A stretch of 64,000 bases of DNA, from NCBI GenBank assembly GCA_965222225.1, contig CBDCTK010000002.1, positions 1,600,001 through 1,664,000 on the forward strand. Direction: 5' to 3'. Within the stretch, counting starts at the first letter, position 1. Each line of letters starts with the position of its first letter. A program made the translations under genes and the position numbers. The notes under the pieces are model-generated. The model did no database searches and was not told the DNA's origin. It saw nothing but the letters and a program-made list of their open reading frames with translations. Origin of the DNA: Candidatus Poribacteria bacterium. Its GTDB lineage: Bacteria; Poribacteria; WGA-4E; JAJDTR01. Positions 1 to 10,059 of this stretch are shown here, piece after piece.

Positions 1-760
1 TCAACATTCCCAAAATAGTCTGCCACTTCAAGTCGTCAAATTCAAGCAATCCGAACTCAATTGCTCCCACATCCTCACGTCGGCGGAACGTACACGCCAA
101 TCGATCCCAAAACGAAAAAACACTCGAGTAGTTAGAATCCGTTTCAAATTGAATTCGAGAGTGGTGCACCCGGTGCATGTTGGGAGACACAATGATTGCT
201 CTCAGCAACCGATCCCATCTTTCAGGCAAATTGACGTTGCTGTGATGAAATTGAATTACTGGTAGCAACATCACTTCGTACAGAACCAACTGCCACAATT
301 CAAGGCCTAACAAAGGGATTACCCCAAGTCTCAATATTGACGAAAAAATCAGTTCGCCGGTGTGAAATCGCGTGGCTGACGTGACATCCATCTCACGGTC
401 ACTATGATGCATGCGGTGAAATCGCCAGAGAAACGGAATCTTGTGATTGGCGCGGTGCCAAAGATACATCCAACCGTCGAACAAAAGGAGCGCTATCCCT
501 GTTTCTATTGTCGGTGGCAAATCCAGAAGATTCAAGAGTCCAATTTTCTGGTTATTATCCCAAGGGGCAACCACCGCCATGATTCCATATAACATCAAGG
601 CAATGACCGTCGTGTTGAATAGCGCAATGACTATGTTTCTACCAGCGTGCTTCAGGCGATTCCCATGACGTTCGCGGTATAAAGGTAGCCATGTTTCTAA
701 ACACCAGAGAAACGCCAAAACAGCAATTGCCAGCACTGTTTTAAGAGTGATGTCCATCAT
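1..760 (-). CDS. Sterol desaturase / fatty-acid hydroxylase family membrane protein (3' end runs off window)
   Basis: Manual translation from ATG at 760 (MMDITLKTVLAIAVLAFLWCLE...). It shows His-box motifs WHRANH, FHRMHHSD, FHHSN and MHRVHHS. Not in the ORF track because it is truncated. Confidence 0.85.
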   Translation of the reverse strand, partial: MMDITLKTVLAIAVLAFLWCLETWLPLYRERHGNRLKHAGRNIVIALFNTTVIALMLYGIMAVVAPWDNNQKIGLLNLLDLPPTIETGIALLLFDGWMYLWHRANHKIPFLWRFHRMHHSDREMDVTSATRFHTGELIFSSILRLGVIPLLGLELWQLVLYEVMLLPVIQFHHSNVNLPERWDRLLRAIIVSPNMHRVHHSRIQFETDSNYSSVFSFWDRLACTFRRREDVGAIEFGLLEFDDLKWQTILGML

Positions 761-876
761 TGTCTGCCTTCACGACAATCATCTAGGTTGAGGCATACAA
801 AATCCCGAATCAACCTGCGCCGCGATTAGTTAGCCGTGTTGTTTCAGCGCCGGAGTGTCGCTCTCGCCGTTAATAC

Positions 877-1803
877 TTAGCCGAGATTCGTTTCCATGAG
901 GTTACTTACAATGTCATCGATCGATGCGAACAAAGAGAGGTCTACCCACTCAATCCGAGGATCGCCACGGAACCATGTCAACTGACGCTTTGCAAACTGG
1001 CGGGTGTTCTGTTTAAGCAGTGCAACTGCTTCAAACAACGTTAGTTGCCCGTCAAGGTAGTCGATAATCTCTTTATATCCAAAACTACGCAAGGCAACGC
1101 AATCGGGCGGGTAACCCGCATCGAGAATCCTTTTGACCTCCTCAACCAAACCGACCTCCATCATTCGGTCGGCACGGGCTTCGATCCGATTATAAAGTTT
1201 CCCCCGAGGTATGTCCAAACCGAAAGCACGAAATTCATAGCGCGCGTCAGTGTTTTTCCACTGCACTTGAAGCTCCGAAATTGGCTTGCCTGTTAGTTCG
1301 TAAACTTCTAGCGCCCGAATGATTCGAACCATGTCATTGGGATGGATACGCGCAGCGGAGTCGGGATCGCACTGGTGCAATCGTTCATGCAATGTAAAAG
1401 CACCGTTCTCAGCCGCCTCCCGCCGAAGCTGTTCACGAGTCGTGAGATCGGCGCCAGGGCCGGGAAAAAGACCATCAACCAAAACGCGAAAGTATAAACC
1501 CGCACCGCCTACAACCAGTGCCGGTCGGTGCTGCTCTCGGATATCCGCAAGCGCTGCGTCACCGAGCCGTTGATAATCCGCAACGGAAAAAGGCTGATCG
1601 ATGTCGGCACAATCAATTAAATGGTGTGGTATTGCCTGCTGTTGTGCCGGCGTTGGCTTTGCAGTGCCGATGTTCATTTGGCGGTAAAGTTGTCGCGAAT
1701 CGAGAGAAACAATCTCGGCATTAATCCGCTGCGCGAGTCGGATAGCGATTTCGGTTTTTCCAATGGCGGTGGGACCAAGGATGAATATCAACGGAGAGTT
1801 CAT
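877..1803 (-). CDS. miaA: tRNA dimethylallyltransferase
   Basis: GPTAIGKT P-loop, DSRQLYRQMNIGTAKP, RIIRALEV and TRQFAKRQLTWF motifs. Confidence 0.97.
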   Translation of the reverse strand: MNSPLIFILGPTAIGKTEIAIRLAQRINAEIVSLDSRQLYRQMNIGTAKPTPAQQQAIPHHLIDCADIDQPFSVADYQRLGDAALADIREQHRPALVVGGAGLYFRVLVDGLFPGPGADLTTREQLRREAAENGAFTLHERLHQCDPDSAARIHPNDMVRIIRALEVYELTGKPISELQVQWKNTDARYEFRAFGLDIPRGKLYNRIEARADRMMEVGLVEEVKRILDAGYPPDCVALRSFGYKEIIDYLDGQLTLFEAVALLKQNTRQFAKRQLTWFRGDPRIEWVDLSLFASIDDIVSNLMETNLG

Positions 1804-1833
1804 AGAAATGGGATTGCGCCAAGAACTAGTTTC

Positions 1834-2550
1834 CTATTCTTCGGTTCGCTCGATCGTCATCGCGCAACGGAATCCAAAATCGCTAAACTGTTTCTCAGGT
1901 GCAAGGCTACTTCGAGCCGCGCACCGTGCGAATCTCACACGGTGACGCCAGGAACCTCCTCGCGCCACACGGCGCTTGCCATGTCCTGGTCCTTTTGGAT
2001 TACGACACGGCGAAGTCTCATAATATCGTGCATCGTATGCGTCTGCGCACCACTCATGGACGCCCTCCGACATGTTGTACAAACCGTAGCCGTTCGGTCC
2101 CTCTGTCCCAACCGGTGCAAGTAGTGAATTTTGTCCGCCGAGCGAATCGGCTGGCAGTTCATTTCCCCAAGGATATTCCTGTCCTTCCAGTCTGCCGCGC
2201 GCGGCCTTCTCACGTTCCGCCTCCGTTGGCAGGCGAAACAGTTTGCCAGTCAGGCCTCGAATCCATTCACAATAAGCAATTGCGTCATACCAACTTGGCC
2301 CGACCACGGGTTGGTCAGGGTGTCGAAACTTTGAGCTACCCCAAACCGGAGGGGGACGGCGCCCAGATGCCTGCATGAATAAGGAATATTCTTTATTAGT
2401 AATTGGCAGCGTTGCCAATGCGAAACTGTCAATCCATACACGATGTACCGGTGCCTCGTTAGCCGCGCCGATTTTACTTCCCATCAGAAATTCGCCCTCA
2501 GGAATAACAACCGTCTTCGGTTCGACAAATTCATGGGTTGGTAACAGCAT
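1834..2550 (-). CDS. Formylglycine-generating enzyme (FGE-sulfatase / SUMF1) domain protein
   Basis: FLMGS, RLPTEAE(R)EKAARG, NGYGLYNM, EWCAD, RGGSW and GFRC motifs. Confidence 0.9.
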   Translation of the reverse strand: MLLPTHEFVEPKTVVIPEGEFLMGSKIGAANEAPVHRVWIDSFALATLPITNKEYSLFMQASGRRPPPVWGSSKFRHPDQPVVGPSWYDAIAYCEWIRGLTGKLFRLPTEAEREKAARGRLEGQEYPWGNELPADSLGGQNSLLAPVGTEGPNGYGLYNMSEGVHEWCADAYDARYYETSPCRNPKGPGHGKRRVARGGSWRHRVRFARCAARSSLAPEKQFSDFGFRCAMTIERTEE

Positions 2551-2553
2551 ACT

Positions 2554-3894
2554 TCACTCCATTGCATAACCCTTCAACCTGTATTGCAACGCCCGTAGAC
2601 TTATACCCAAGATTTCTGCCGTTCTCGTGCGGTTGCCACTCATGCGCTCAAGTGTTTTAAGAATAAGCTCCTTCTCCATCTCTTTCATTGTCATGCCGAT
2701 AGGTATGTCGTTGTAGGTTCGCTTCTTCAAGGATTGAATTTCATCGGGAAGATGCTTCGGCAAGACAACTTCTCCCTCTGCAAAAAGAACTGCTCGCAAA
2801 ATTGAGTATTCCAATTCGCGTACATTGCCAGGCCAATCATAATGCATCAGAAGATTTCTCGCTTTCTGATTGATAAACCGAACTGGTTGACTATGAGTTT
2901 CACTGTGTTTTCGCAAAAAATATTCGGACAGAATTTCAATGTCTTGCCGTCGCTCTCGCAGCGGGAGGAGTTGAATTGGTATCATATTTAATCGATAGTA
3001 GAGATCTTGACGGAATAATCCATCTTCAATTGCTTGACGCAAATCGTGATTAGTAGCCGCAATAATTCGAACCTTCACACGAATAACATGCGTTCCACCG
3101 ACACGCTCAATTTCCTGCTCCTGAGTCGCACGAAGCAACTTAGCTTGCAGTGCCACTGGCATGTCTCCTATCTCGTCGAGAAAAAGCGAACTTCCATTGG
3201 CCCGTTCAAATTTCCCCATTTTTTGGTAAATAGCCCCTGTAAATGCTCCTCGCTCGTGGCCAAAAAGTTCGCTTTCCAAAAGATTAGCCGGGATGGCAGC
3301 GCAGTTCACAACAACCATCTCTTTATCTGCATAAGCGCTATTTTGGTGAAGCGCACGTGCGACGAGCTCCTTGCCTGTGCCGCTTTCCCCATGAATGAGC
3401 ACGGTAGAATCTGTGCCAGCCACTTTCTCGATGACCTTCAAAACCTCCACAATCTGTGGACTTTCTCCAATTATCTCCTCATAACTATGGATAAGTTCAT
3501 CTCTTTCGCTCTGTTTCGTCGCACGGTGGTGTTCAAGCGCCTTGTCGACCTTCGCCTTAATAAGTTCCGACTTGAACGGTTTTTCCAGAAAATCATATGC
3601 TCCAAGTTTAGTGGCCTCAACCGCCCGCTGAATTGAGCCGTGTGCGGTCAACATCGTCACCAGTAGTCCGGGATATCTCCGGTGAATTTGTGCCAGCGTT
3701 TCCAAGCCGTCCATACCTGGCATTTGGATGTCTAATAATACTAGATCCGGCAGATCTCGATCGATCTGTTCCAGAGCAGCGTTCCCACTGGACGCAGTAA
3801 TCACTTCGTAGTGGTCCATTTCTAGCCGATCTCGTAAGATCGTAACTGTGTCGGGTTCGTCATCAACGATGAGTATTTTCTCGAGTTGATCCAT
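2554..3894 (-). CDS. Sigma-54-dependent response regulator (NtrC family)
   Basis: Receiver domain (IVDDE, LDIQMP), AAA+ domain (GESGTGKE, GAFTGA, WPGNVREL) and a C-terminal Fis-type HTH. Confidence 0.95.
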   Translation of the reverse strand: MDQLEKILIVDDEPDTVTILRDRLEMDHYEVITASSGNAALEQIDRDLPDLVLLDIQMPGMDGLETLAQIHRRYPGLLVTMLTAHGSIQRAVEATKLGAYDFLEKPFKSELIKAKVDKALEHHRATKQSERDELIHSYEEIIGESPQIVEVLKVIEKVAGTDSTVLIHGESGTGKELVARALHQNSAYADKEMVVVNCAAIPANLLESELFGHERGAFTGAIYQKMGKFERANGSSLFLDEIGDMPVALQAKLLRATQEQEIERVGGTHVIRVKVRIIAATNHDLRQAIEDGLFRQDLYYRLNMIPIQLLPLRERRQDIEILSEYFLRKHSETHSQPVRFINQKARNLLMHYDWPGNVRELEYSILRAVLFAEGEVVLPKHLPDEIQSLKKRTYNDIPIGMTMKEMEKELILKTLERMSGNRTRTAEILGISLRALQYRLKGYAME

Positions 3895-4040
3895 CGATTA
3901 CCAGCCATCTGATTAGTAATTTGGTACGTAGGCTGAACTTACCCCCATCCTTTAGACAGCTATGAAGGAGATTTAAGTAATAAAATCCGACTAATTGTGG
4001 TCCGATTTCAACGCCTGAAGTTATTGGAAATACACCTCGT

Positions 4041-4078
4041 GGGTATCTCTACCGCACTCGCTATCCGCTCGCTTGCTG
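4041..4078 (-). repeat. Mini-element unit inserted in IS3 orfB C-terminus
   Basis: Reverse complement CAGCAAGCGAGCGGATAGCGAGTGCGGTAGAGATACCC matches the family consensus. Replacing it with 3 nt restores ...YRTP-HEVYFQ*. Confidence 0.8.
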
Positions 4079-4344
4079 GTGTACGGTAGTCGAGCGATTG
4101 ATGGAGTCGCTCTTGGTTATAAAAGTTGAAATAGTCTCTCAATCGACGATGAGTTGTGTTCATTGAGTCATAGTCGTTGAGATAGACCTCCTCGTACTTG
4201 ACGCTGCGCCAAAGCCGCTCAATGAAGATGTTGTCAAAATAGCTGCCTCTGCCGTCCCAACTGATGGCAATGTTATAGGCTTCAAGTCTACCAGTAAACG
4301 CGTCAGAAGTAAATTGACTTCCTTGGTCGTTGTTGAATATCAAC

Positions 4345-4381
4345 GATCAAGTGACCGAATAGCGAGCGCGATAGAGATCCG
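4345..4381 (+). repeat. Mini-element unit inserted in IS3 orfB
   Basis: GATCAAGTGACCGAATAGCGAGCGCGATAGAGATCCG. A net +34 nt explains the frameshift between ORFs 4303..4776 and 4008..4343. Confidence 0.85.
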
Positions 4382-5548
4382 CTTGATTGACTAAGGGCTC
4401 GTTCCAGAGCCGACAGACAAAAGAATACGTCAAGTGAGTTGGAAAGTTCCCATGACAACACGTAACGGGAAAACCAATCCATTACTGCTACCAGATAAAC
4501 GTAACCATTGCTCAAGTGAATATAGGTTATATCAGTTGCCCAGACGTGATTCGGTCTGTTGATACTTAATTCCGTCAGCAGATAAGGGTACATTTTCGAC
4601 GGTTTGCCCATACCGGAGGTCTTGGGCTTGGGATAGATGGCAGCTAATCCCATCTTTCGCATTAATCTTGCTACCCGTTTCGGATTGACGACATATCCTT
4701 GGGAACGAAGCCATTTCGTTAATTTAGGCAGCCCGTAGAACGGTGTCTTGGTGTACTGCTCATCTAACAGACTCATATAGAGCAGGTTTTGTGGCTACTC
4801 TGTTGCAGGACGATAATAGTATGAGGCTCTGGACAAGCCTAAAAGCTCGCATTGTCTCACAACCGACAATGAACGGCACTCCTGTTCAACAAGCTGCCGT
4901 TTGTGTTCAACGGAGGCGTTGAGGTTTTTTTTGAAGCCAGTCCAGTTCTACCTTCAACTGATCAATCTGGCGATAGAGATCTGCCACTAACTCGTCATTG
5001 TCAGAGACCATTTTTGAGCGCCCGTTGGTAAACAGTTGAGGTAATTCCTCAAGAACCTGTTTTTTTCATAGGCTGACTTGCGCTGGATTAACACCGTATT
5101 CACTGGCAATCTGAGCGGTAGTTTGCTGATTCTTAATGGCTTCAAGAGCCACTTGTGCTTTGAATCGGCCATCGTGCTGTTTTCTGTGGGACATGGTGGA
5201 GAAACTCCTTTCTTTTTCTTGGCGTTTCCGAGCCATATTTTCGCCCAGATGATGACCATTTTGCCAGTCGGAATGATCTCTTATTCAACTGTCTAGTTTT
5301 TGGGGGTAATTGCACCTTGCATGCGGAGCAGCGAGTTTGAGTTTAAAACGCCAGCGCATGATGTCCGACAATTAAGCTGCTTCAGCACATTCAAAGGTTC
5401 CTAGCGGAGCAATCCCTTATACGGATTCTTTGCTCCGCGAAGATAATCTTCAATTTGTAATCAAAGATTGCTGTCACAAGCTAGGTTGGTAAGGTCCTTT
5501 ATGGTTTCCGATTGAAATACTCAGCCATTTTTAGTAGGCTTATATTCC

Positions 5549-6040
5549 TTACGATAATCTGTTGCCGGGGTCGGTTGACTCAGATGTGCGCAACGGGAGA
5601 GACTCATCTTCCCGCTCTTCTCTAACAAGGGAGGCCCGATTTGCAAGCGTCAGCAAAAACCATCCAAGTAGTCCCGCACTAGCTCCAGCGATGGCGGCTA
5701 TCCATGCGCCTTTTGCCGTTGTAATTTTATTGAGAGTTTTCTGATCGACCTCGAACGAAATGTCCTTAGGATTGCGCACCGCGAACCGTCTCCGATCACC
5801 TTGTTGGCGGTATTCGATGGTAGGTGCGGTATCGCCGCCAATTTCAATTTTACCTTTCCAGGCTGGTGCATTGACTTTAAGCGCGCTTTCGCCTGATTTG
5901 CCCTTCCAGACAGCTTTAGCTCCCTTGGTACCACTTTCATCCTCAATCTCTTCAACCTGGGTCCGTGCCAGCAAACAATCCGAGATTTTCAGTGCTGCCT
6001 GTTTATAATTTGATAGCGACAACACCCAATTTTCTAACAT
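5549..6040 (-). CDS. Hypothetical protein with one C-proximal transmembrane helix
   Basis: 163-aa ORF with GGAGG RBS and hydrophobic stretch AWIAAIAGASAGLLGWFLLTL. Confidence 0.7.
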   Translation of the reverse strand: MLENWVLSLSNYKQAALKISDCLLARTQVEEIEDESGTKGAKAVWKGKSGESALKVNAPAWKGKIEIGGDTAPTIEYRQQGDRRRFAVRNPKDISFEVDQKTLNKITTAKGAWIAAIAGASAGLLGWFLLTLANRASLVREEREDESLPLRTSESTDPGNRLS

Positions 6041-6173
6041 GATAATCGTTCCTCCACGGTTTGAGGTAAGGTAGTATCTAGCGCCGTTATAACGGCTACT
6101 AGCTTAAGAGTACGTCGGAAACTGTCTAGTCAGTAAAGTCTGTCCACATCTTGGGTTGATTGGAAAGTTTCTG

Positions 6174-6202
6174 TTGACACTTGTACTATCGTGTGCTAGA
6201 CT
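6174..6202 (+). promoter_or_regulatory. Putative sigma70 promoter
   Basis: TTGACA-17 nt-TAGACT with extended -10 TG, about 50 nt upstream of the 6251 ATG. Confidence 0.55.
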
Positions 6203-6250
6203 TGAGACTGCCATCATAGATGTATTGTCTTTGGCGCAAGGAATTGTCCA

Positions 6251-6907
6251 ATGAACATTGATTCAATCGAAGTCCCGTCGGAACAGGAATTGCCGCTTTT
6301 CCCACTGCATGCCGTCCTTTTCCCCGGTGGCATCTTGCCGTTGCACATCTTTGAAGAACGGTATCAGTTGATGATTCAACTGTGCTTGGAGCATGAATCA
6401 CCTTTTGGCGTTGTTCTTATTAAAGAGGGAACAGAAACCGGCGAACCTGCCAAACCACATCTTGTTGGGACAGCCGTGCAGATTCTTGAGGTAAATCGAT
6501 TGGACGGCGGTCGGATGAACCTCATGACATCCGGGCAGTACCGATTTGAGATTCTAGAAAATCAGTACAATCTTCCCTACCTAGTAGGCCGTGTTCGAAT
6601 TCCAAACGTGCTGGATCTAGACGTAAATGATGATTTTGAGCCGATTGCATCGGAAACACGAGAACTATATCGGGATTACGAAGCCTTGTTAAGACAACTG
6701 TTTTTCGAGTGGGAACCTCCGAAGGTAATTCCTGAAAATCCGCGCCATTTGGCATATCAAATTGGTGTTAGGCTGCACATTTCCCTTGAAGAGAAACAGC
6801 AACTGCTGGAAACCTTCCCGCTAAATCAGCTTCTTGCCGGAGAGGCCACGCTCCTAAAAAGAGAAAATCAGCGATTGAGAGCGCGGGTTATCGCTCAAAA
6901 TAATTGA
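6251..6907 (+). CDS. LON peptidase substrate-binding domain protein
   Basis: LPLFPLHAVLFPGGILPLHIFEERY and EKQQLLE motifs. Confidence 0.9.
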   Translation: MNIDSIEVPSEQELPLFPLHAVLFPGGILPLHIFEERYQLMIQLCLEHESPFGVVLIKEGTETGEPAKPHLVGTAVQILEVNRLDGGRMNLMTSGQYRFEILENQYNLPYLVGRVRIPNVLDLDVNDDFEPIASETRELYRDYEALLRQLFFEWEPPKVIPENPRHLAYQIGVRLHISLEEKQQLLETFPLNQLLAGEATLLKRENQRLRARVIAQNN

Positions 6908-7217
6908 AAGATTCAAAGTTGCGCTGGTACGCAGTGTTCAATTAAGATGTTCTCTGTCTGAGTGAATCACGTCTCGAAGGATACACACCAAACGCGACGT
7001 TATTGTTCGTGGCACGAAAGTTGCCGACGATAAGCCACTTATCTGGCTTCATTCGTGTCTTCCTAATATCATCAATCCATTAAATGGCACTTGCGCATCG
7101 GCATTCTAGCGCGTTCGAGAGAATGCCGTGCTGGTTTGACGTTGCAGTTTGCCCTCCCAAATATTACCTGGATAGCGCTTGTCGCGCACCAATCTTTTCT
7201 AGCACAAACTGAGTACC

Positions 7218-7832
7218 ATGCGACTTCATTCATCTCTACATCAGTTAGCGCAAAACACGGGAGTGCAGATTGTTAGGCGAGATTTCGTCTATGTCAGTAA
7301 TTTGCTGTCTTTGACTAGACTTGCTCTAGCACCTTTCATTTTTCTTAACATCGTTCATTATGAGCGGGCTATCGCGTTGACATTAGGCGGTCTAGCCGTG
7401 TTGTCTGATCTGCTTGATGGTCACATGGCTCGGAGGTTGAAGTTGCCCTCTGATTTGGGAAAAATCCTCGATCCTATAGCAGACAAGATCGTGATCGGTG
7501 CCGCGCTTTCCGGACTCGTCTACTCAAAGCATTACGATTTTCCCCTGTGGGTATTTGTGATCGTTGTCATAAGAGATGTTTTTATAGTCGTCGGTAGTAT
7601 CTATCTCGCATATCAAATCCGTTTCGTCACGCGGTCCAATCGATGGGGAAAGTGCGCTACTGTATTCCTTTCAATTGCTTTGATTCTTTACATTCTAGAT
7701 CTTGTCGGAACAATTTCGTTCTATGTACTCTGCGTTGGGATTGCTTTCATCGGTATATCAAGTTGGAGCTACTCCCGGCGGCTAATTAGACTTCTTCAAG
7801 CCGATGTTCCTCAGCAAAGGAAATTGGTGTAA
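7218..7832 (+). CDS. CDP-alcohol phosphatidyltransferase (PgsA-like)
   Basis: NLLSLTR and the DLLDGHMARR...GKILDPIADK signature. Confidence 0.9.
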   Translation: MRLHSSLHQLAQNTGVQIVRRDFVYVSNLLSLTRLALAPFIFLNIVHYERAIALTLGGLAVLSDLLDGHMARRLKLPSDLGKILDPIADKIVIGAALSGLVYSKHYDFPLWVFVIVVIRDVFIVVGSIYLAYQIRFVTRSNRWGKCATVFLSIALILYILDLVGTISFYVLCVGIAFIGISSWSYSRRLIRLLQADVPQQRKLV

Positions 7833-7939
7833 TCCACAAAATTTCGAGTCACCGTTTTGACTTTACCGTAGCGCGAGTCACAGACCGTGATGCACAGGTC
7901 AACCTAGTGATTGATGCATCTGATTCAGGAGAATTGAGC

Positions 7940-8458
7940 ATGCCACAACGGCTAAGTGTACCCGACATCGCTAGCATCATTGGTGTTGAGGAGGATATCA
8001 TAACGAACGCATTGGCCCGCGAAGATGACGATCTCAAACCTTACTTGTATATTGAACCGGTGATAGCATCCCAAGGTGACGAGTCGCTTGAAGCACTATT
8101 TGGCGGAGAGAAAAAGGAGGCAGAAGAACCCCATACTGCGTTCATGCTAAGTATCGATGGGTTATCCATTCTTATCACAAAACTTGCCTTCAATATTCCA
8201 ACGTCAGACCTAATTGAGAACTTAGCTTGCCAAGTGCTGCATCTCGCCGTTTTGCAGGAAGATATCGCCGAATTAAAACGCGAGAATCAGGAGCTTCAAT
8301 TTCAGAATGAAGAACTTCAACGGAGTATCAAAGAGGTCCAGACTGAAACTCTGAAACTAAAATCAGAAGTCGCAGAAGCGGCTAAAACTCAATCACGCGG
8401 ATGGTTTAGTGGTTTGTTCGGAGACGAGAAATCGCGATCGCAATCAAGCAAGGATTAG
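7940..8458 (+). CDS. Hypothetical coiled-coil protein
   Basis: ORF with AGGAG RBS, heptad-rich C-terminal half and a terminal GWFSGLFG amphipathic motif. Confidence 0.7.
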   Translation: MPQRLSVPDIASIIGVEEDIITNALAREDDDLKPYLYIEPVIASQGDESLEALFGGEKKEAEEPHTAFMLSIDGLSILITKLAFNIPTSDLIENLACQVLHLAVLQEDIAELKRENQELQFQNEELQRSIKEVQTETLKLKSEVAEAAKTQSRGWFSGLFGDEKSRSQSSKD

Positions 8459-8473
8459 AGGAGGTGCTGTTGC

Positions 8474-9244
8474 TTATGCGCTCTGCTCCGGATGAATCCT
8501 TTCCAATGCTTCGATAGTTTGAACGCCCTGACGTCCATCAGTTCTAGGCGTTTCTCGGTTGTTAACACAAGCGAGAAAATGCCTGCACTCAACCATCAAC
8601 ATATCTTCCTGATTTTCAGGGGCGAGAAAGTCCCATAGTAGGGAGTGAAGTTGACCGTCGGGTGTTCTTGTTTGGAGCTCGAAAGTCCTTTGATTGACCG
8701 TTGCTTCCGAGGAGGCGTCAAGTTTGAACTGAATCATGGGCACTTTCAGGGCAATTGCCAATGCAACGCAGTGCACCCCCATATCCCAGTAGGCGTTAAG
8801 ATACTTCTCAGGTGTCGTTGTTTTCAGGAATTTTCCGTGTGCGGAAACTGTTTCACCGGGCAACGCGCTAAGTTTGGTAAAACCGGTTGAGTAGCAAAGG
8901 ACATGACCAACCATCAAGACACAATCGGAATCTTCCGCCAACTGCGTGAGGTGGTGTGCTTCCTTTGACGAAAGCGCCATGGGTTTCTCAAGAAACAAAT
9001 CTTTCTTTGCCTGTAACACCCGTTCTCCGACTTCTGCGTGTGTCTCCGAAGGGGTGGCGACGACGACAGCATCACTCTCCTCTATTAACTGATCGATGTC
9101 CTCAGCAAAACGCAAATTAAGCTGTTGAAGTACATCGCGATTCTGATGTCCATAGACGAGGTGGAGTCCACCAAGATGATGGAATTTGTGCAGTAGGGTT
9201 TTACCCCACCGTCCGGTGCCAATCATTGAGATTCTTGGCTTCAT
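8474..9244 (-). CDS. Gfo/Idh/MocA oxidoreductase
   Basis: IGTGRWG, ATPSETH, LEKPM and MVGH motifs. Confidence 0.9.
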   Translation of the reverse strand: MKPRISMIGTGRWGKTLLHKFHHLGGLHLVYGHQNRDVLQQLNLRFAEDIDQLIEESDAVVVATPSETHAEVGERVLQAKKDLFLEKPMALSSKEAHHLTQLAEDSDCVLMVGHVLCYSTGFTKLSALPGETVSAHGKFLKTTTPEKYLNAYWDMGVHCVALAIALKVPMIQFKLDASSEATVNQRTFELQTRTPDGQLHSLLWDFLAPENQEDMLMVECRHFLACVNNRETPRTDGRQGVQTIEALERIHPEQSA

Positions 9245-9458
9245 CAGTCTCCTCCCACGTTCTCTTCAAATCGAATTACTGTGCTGATTATAGCATAGCA
9301 AACAGTGCTTTATCCACTCTTTTGGTCGTTGGTACGACACATCCGCACGGGAGCAACGGCCAAAACTTTATTGAAATATACGCCTTGGCTGTGAACAAAC
9401 CATGCATGGCTGAGAAGCAATTCCATAACACCTAAACCTATACCTAACTTTCGTTGAT

Positions 9459-10043
9459 ATGCCAAAGCGTTCTCGCCACCAGATTATCGCCATTATAACG
9501 TTCGTTTTTGGGCTTGGATTTCTGTATCAGCCCAATTCTGTATTACTCAAGGGTATTGCCTTACCGCTTTTGACCATTACATCGATTTTATCAGCAAGTT
9601 GTTTTTCTGCCAAGTGGGTCGTGGAGATTATTGCAGGTCTTGGGCTAATTACTGGAATGGGGTTCCTGTTTGTGAATGTTCCAGGTGCTCTTCGCGGTTC
9701 CGCTTTCCACCTAATCTATGCTAGCGCAATCGCTTTTAGCATGACAACACGCTGGCGAAAGCAGATGGCAATTCTCGGCGGAACTATCCTAGTCATCGGC
9801 TTTGTTTTCCTCTATCAGCCTCTTAGTTTTCTGCGGAGCACAGCTCTCTATCTTATCCTATTAGGTATGACTTTGTTTGCAATTCTTGCGAGGCGAAAAT
9901 GGTGGGTGGAACGGATTTCCATCAGTACGATTGCATGCGGTCTTATCTTTCTCTGTCAACCGTTTCAGGAGATACTTTACCAGACAGGTTTTCAAATCCT
10001 ACTCGGCGGTTTAACTGGATTTGTTATTGTTGCCCATCGATAG
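9459..10043 (+). CDS. Hypothetical integral membrane protein
   Basis: Multiple hydrophobic helices; recurring FLYQP/FLCQP motif suggests internal repetition. Confidence 0.75.
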   Translation: MPKRSRHQIIAIITFVFGLGFLYQPNSVLLKGIALPLLTITSILSASCFSAKWVVEIIAGLGLITGMGFLFVNVPGALRGSAFHLIYASAIAFSMTTRWRKQMAILGGTILVIGFVFLYQPLSFLRSTALYLILLGMTLFAILARRKWWVERISISTIACGLIFLCQPFQEILYQTGFQILLGGLTGFVIVAHR

Positions 10044-10059
10044 AGAAAGTCTCTATGTT

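Larger units (their letters stand above)
4021..5194 (-). pseudogene. IS3 transposase orfA/orfB pseudogene
   Basis: orf[22 protein letters not shown] has an in-frame TGA. orfB has WATDITY, DQGSQFTS and ERLWRSVKYE DDE motifs, an in-frame TAG near 4796, and two frameshifting 37-38 bp insertions. Confidence 0.9.
3934..5314 (-). mobile_element. IS3-family insertion sequence, degenerate
   Basis: Imperfect TG..CA terminal IRs: TGAACTTACCCCCATCCTTTAGACAG at 3934 and reverse complement TGCAATTACCCCCAAAAACTAGACAG at 5314. orfA/orfB layout with an A-run slippery site near 4925-4932. No target duplication visible. Confidence 0.9.

Noticed and set aside
1831-1856. Minus-strand GATCGAGCGAACCGAAGAATAG resembling a mini-element left half
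   Set aside because: It encodes the natural end of the FGE gene and has no right half.
4960-4983. GATCAATCTGGCGATAGAGATCTG, similar to both ends of the mini-element
   Set aside because: It is in-frame IS3 orfA coding sequence (DLYRQIDQ) at a normally conserved position and is too short; likely coincidence.
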